Below are positions 62,679 to 64,000 of a stretch of 64,000 bases of DNA, one piece after another. A model generated the notes under the pieces. It ran no database searches. It saw only the letters and a list, made by a program, of their open reading frames with translations, and was not told the origin of the DNA. Source of the DNA: Perna viridis (Eukaryota). A program made the position numbers and the translations under genes. Each line of letters begins with the position of its first letter. The stretch's first letter is position 1. The stretch is taken from NCBI GenBank assembly GCA_037379345.1, contig CM074517.1:43380500-43444499 (forward strand), in the 5' to 3' direction.

Positions 62679-64000
62679 TATAAATGTGTTATTGACAATT
62701 TTATGAATTTGTCCCATTCCATGCCATGATTTGAGCCTAGCTAAAATTAAAACCGTCTATATTTTCCCACATGCTTTTGTCAGAGCTTGATGTATTCAGA
62801 CAAATTATTGCTTTCTTATTAGATCTGAATGAAATAAGAAACCTTAGATAATAGTTGATTTGTCAAAACAGCAAATTAACGACAAAAGCTTTATGAAGTC
62901 TAAAGTAAATGGCAGTAAAATTGTGGTTTTTAGAACTTCTTCCCTCCCAAGTGTTTCCTGCTTTTCTATTTTAATTTGGCTACTGTAATATAAAATTATA
63001 AAACCCCAAAAAAAAATCAAATGTGACTTTGTCTAGTTTTTTTGTTTTTATTTGATTGGTTGACCTGTTTCAGCAAGAAACTTAAATCATTTTGATGAAA
63101 TAAATCTGTTAAAAGAAGGGTATGAAAAAGACAAAATTTCCCATATGTATGAAAAAAAAATTCAATGCTTTGTCAATTTTGCCCCACATTGAACGAGAAT
63201 TTGAATATCTTCCATTTCATTGACACTTTTATTAAGTAGTTACATAGAAGCAGTAACAATTAAAATAATACAGATCTTTTTATATGCATTATTGCTAAAA
63301 TTGGGCAACTTTTCTCTTACGAGGTCTCACTAACCACTTCTAACGTTTCCACTACTTTACATGTGAAAAAAGTAGTTTTCAAAGTTTCATGGTGAATTCC
63401 CAGGACAAATGACATCTTAAAGTTGCATACCGTTATGAAGCTTGGAAAATAAGGCTTCCAAAATCATTATGCTAATGGTACGATGATAGTAGAAATTCTT
63501 CACAAAATTTACTTGAATAAATAATACTGAAAATCCACATTTTTACCTTTTCTGCTAACTGACAGCATGGAGGCAAATTACTCACACATGTAAACAATAT
63601 TCATACACTTTTGTAGTATATTACACATATGATTTTAAAGTACACATTGTCAGCTTTATTTCGACTACTTTTAATCATAATACACACTAATACTACACTT
63701 ACAATGCATAGGCCTAGGTTCAGTGTGTTTTAGGTACTACATAGGGGGTGGCCATTTGACCCAGAAGTGGTTAGTGAGACCTGTACTTGAATGAGATTTA
63801 CTGGCCTTGAAAATGGCCCAGTGATAATATGGACACAGGGATTAATCCACAATGCTTTTCTTGCTCAGTTTTTTTTTTGGCAAACACTTTTGATTTTATA
63901 TTGACATTTTTTTAGAATTTTAATAAAATCGCCTTGGAAATGATTAAAGTAAACACTTATGATTAAATCCATATATATTAAATGTAGTTATTTGTTTTTT

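Overview
AT-rich, CpG-depleted eukaryotic genomic DNA. The repeat types suggest a bivalve mollusc (low confidence). The window holds two spliced genes arranged head-to-head, with start codons about 2.6 kb apart. On the minus strand is a complete 7-exon IMP3 gene (U3 snoRNP protein, S4 family, 183 aa, CDS 32199->1340). Its intron 2 is 25.7 kb, and its intron 4 has a perfect U12 branch site but a hybrid GTAACCTTT donor. On the plus strand is the 5' part of a Notch receptor gene: signal peptide plus EGF1-6 in six coding exons from 34777 to 59042, continuing beyond the window. Notch EGF5 has a seventh cysteine at the O-fucose position, and four stop/start-coupled uORFs precede the Notch ATG. The introns contain SINE-like retroposons (two with clear TSDs), a LINE relic, MITEs, Helentron-like (HINE) elements, minisatellites and hairpins. 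Apart from three ORFs overlapping real exons, the supplied ORF track looks like noise.
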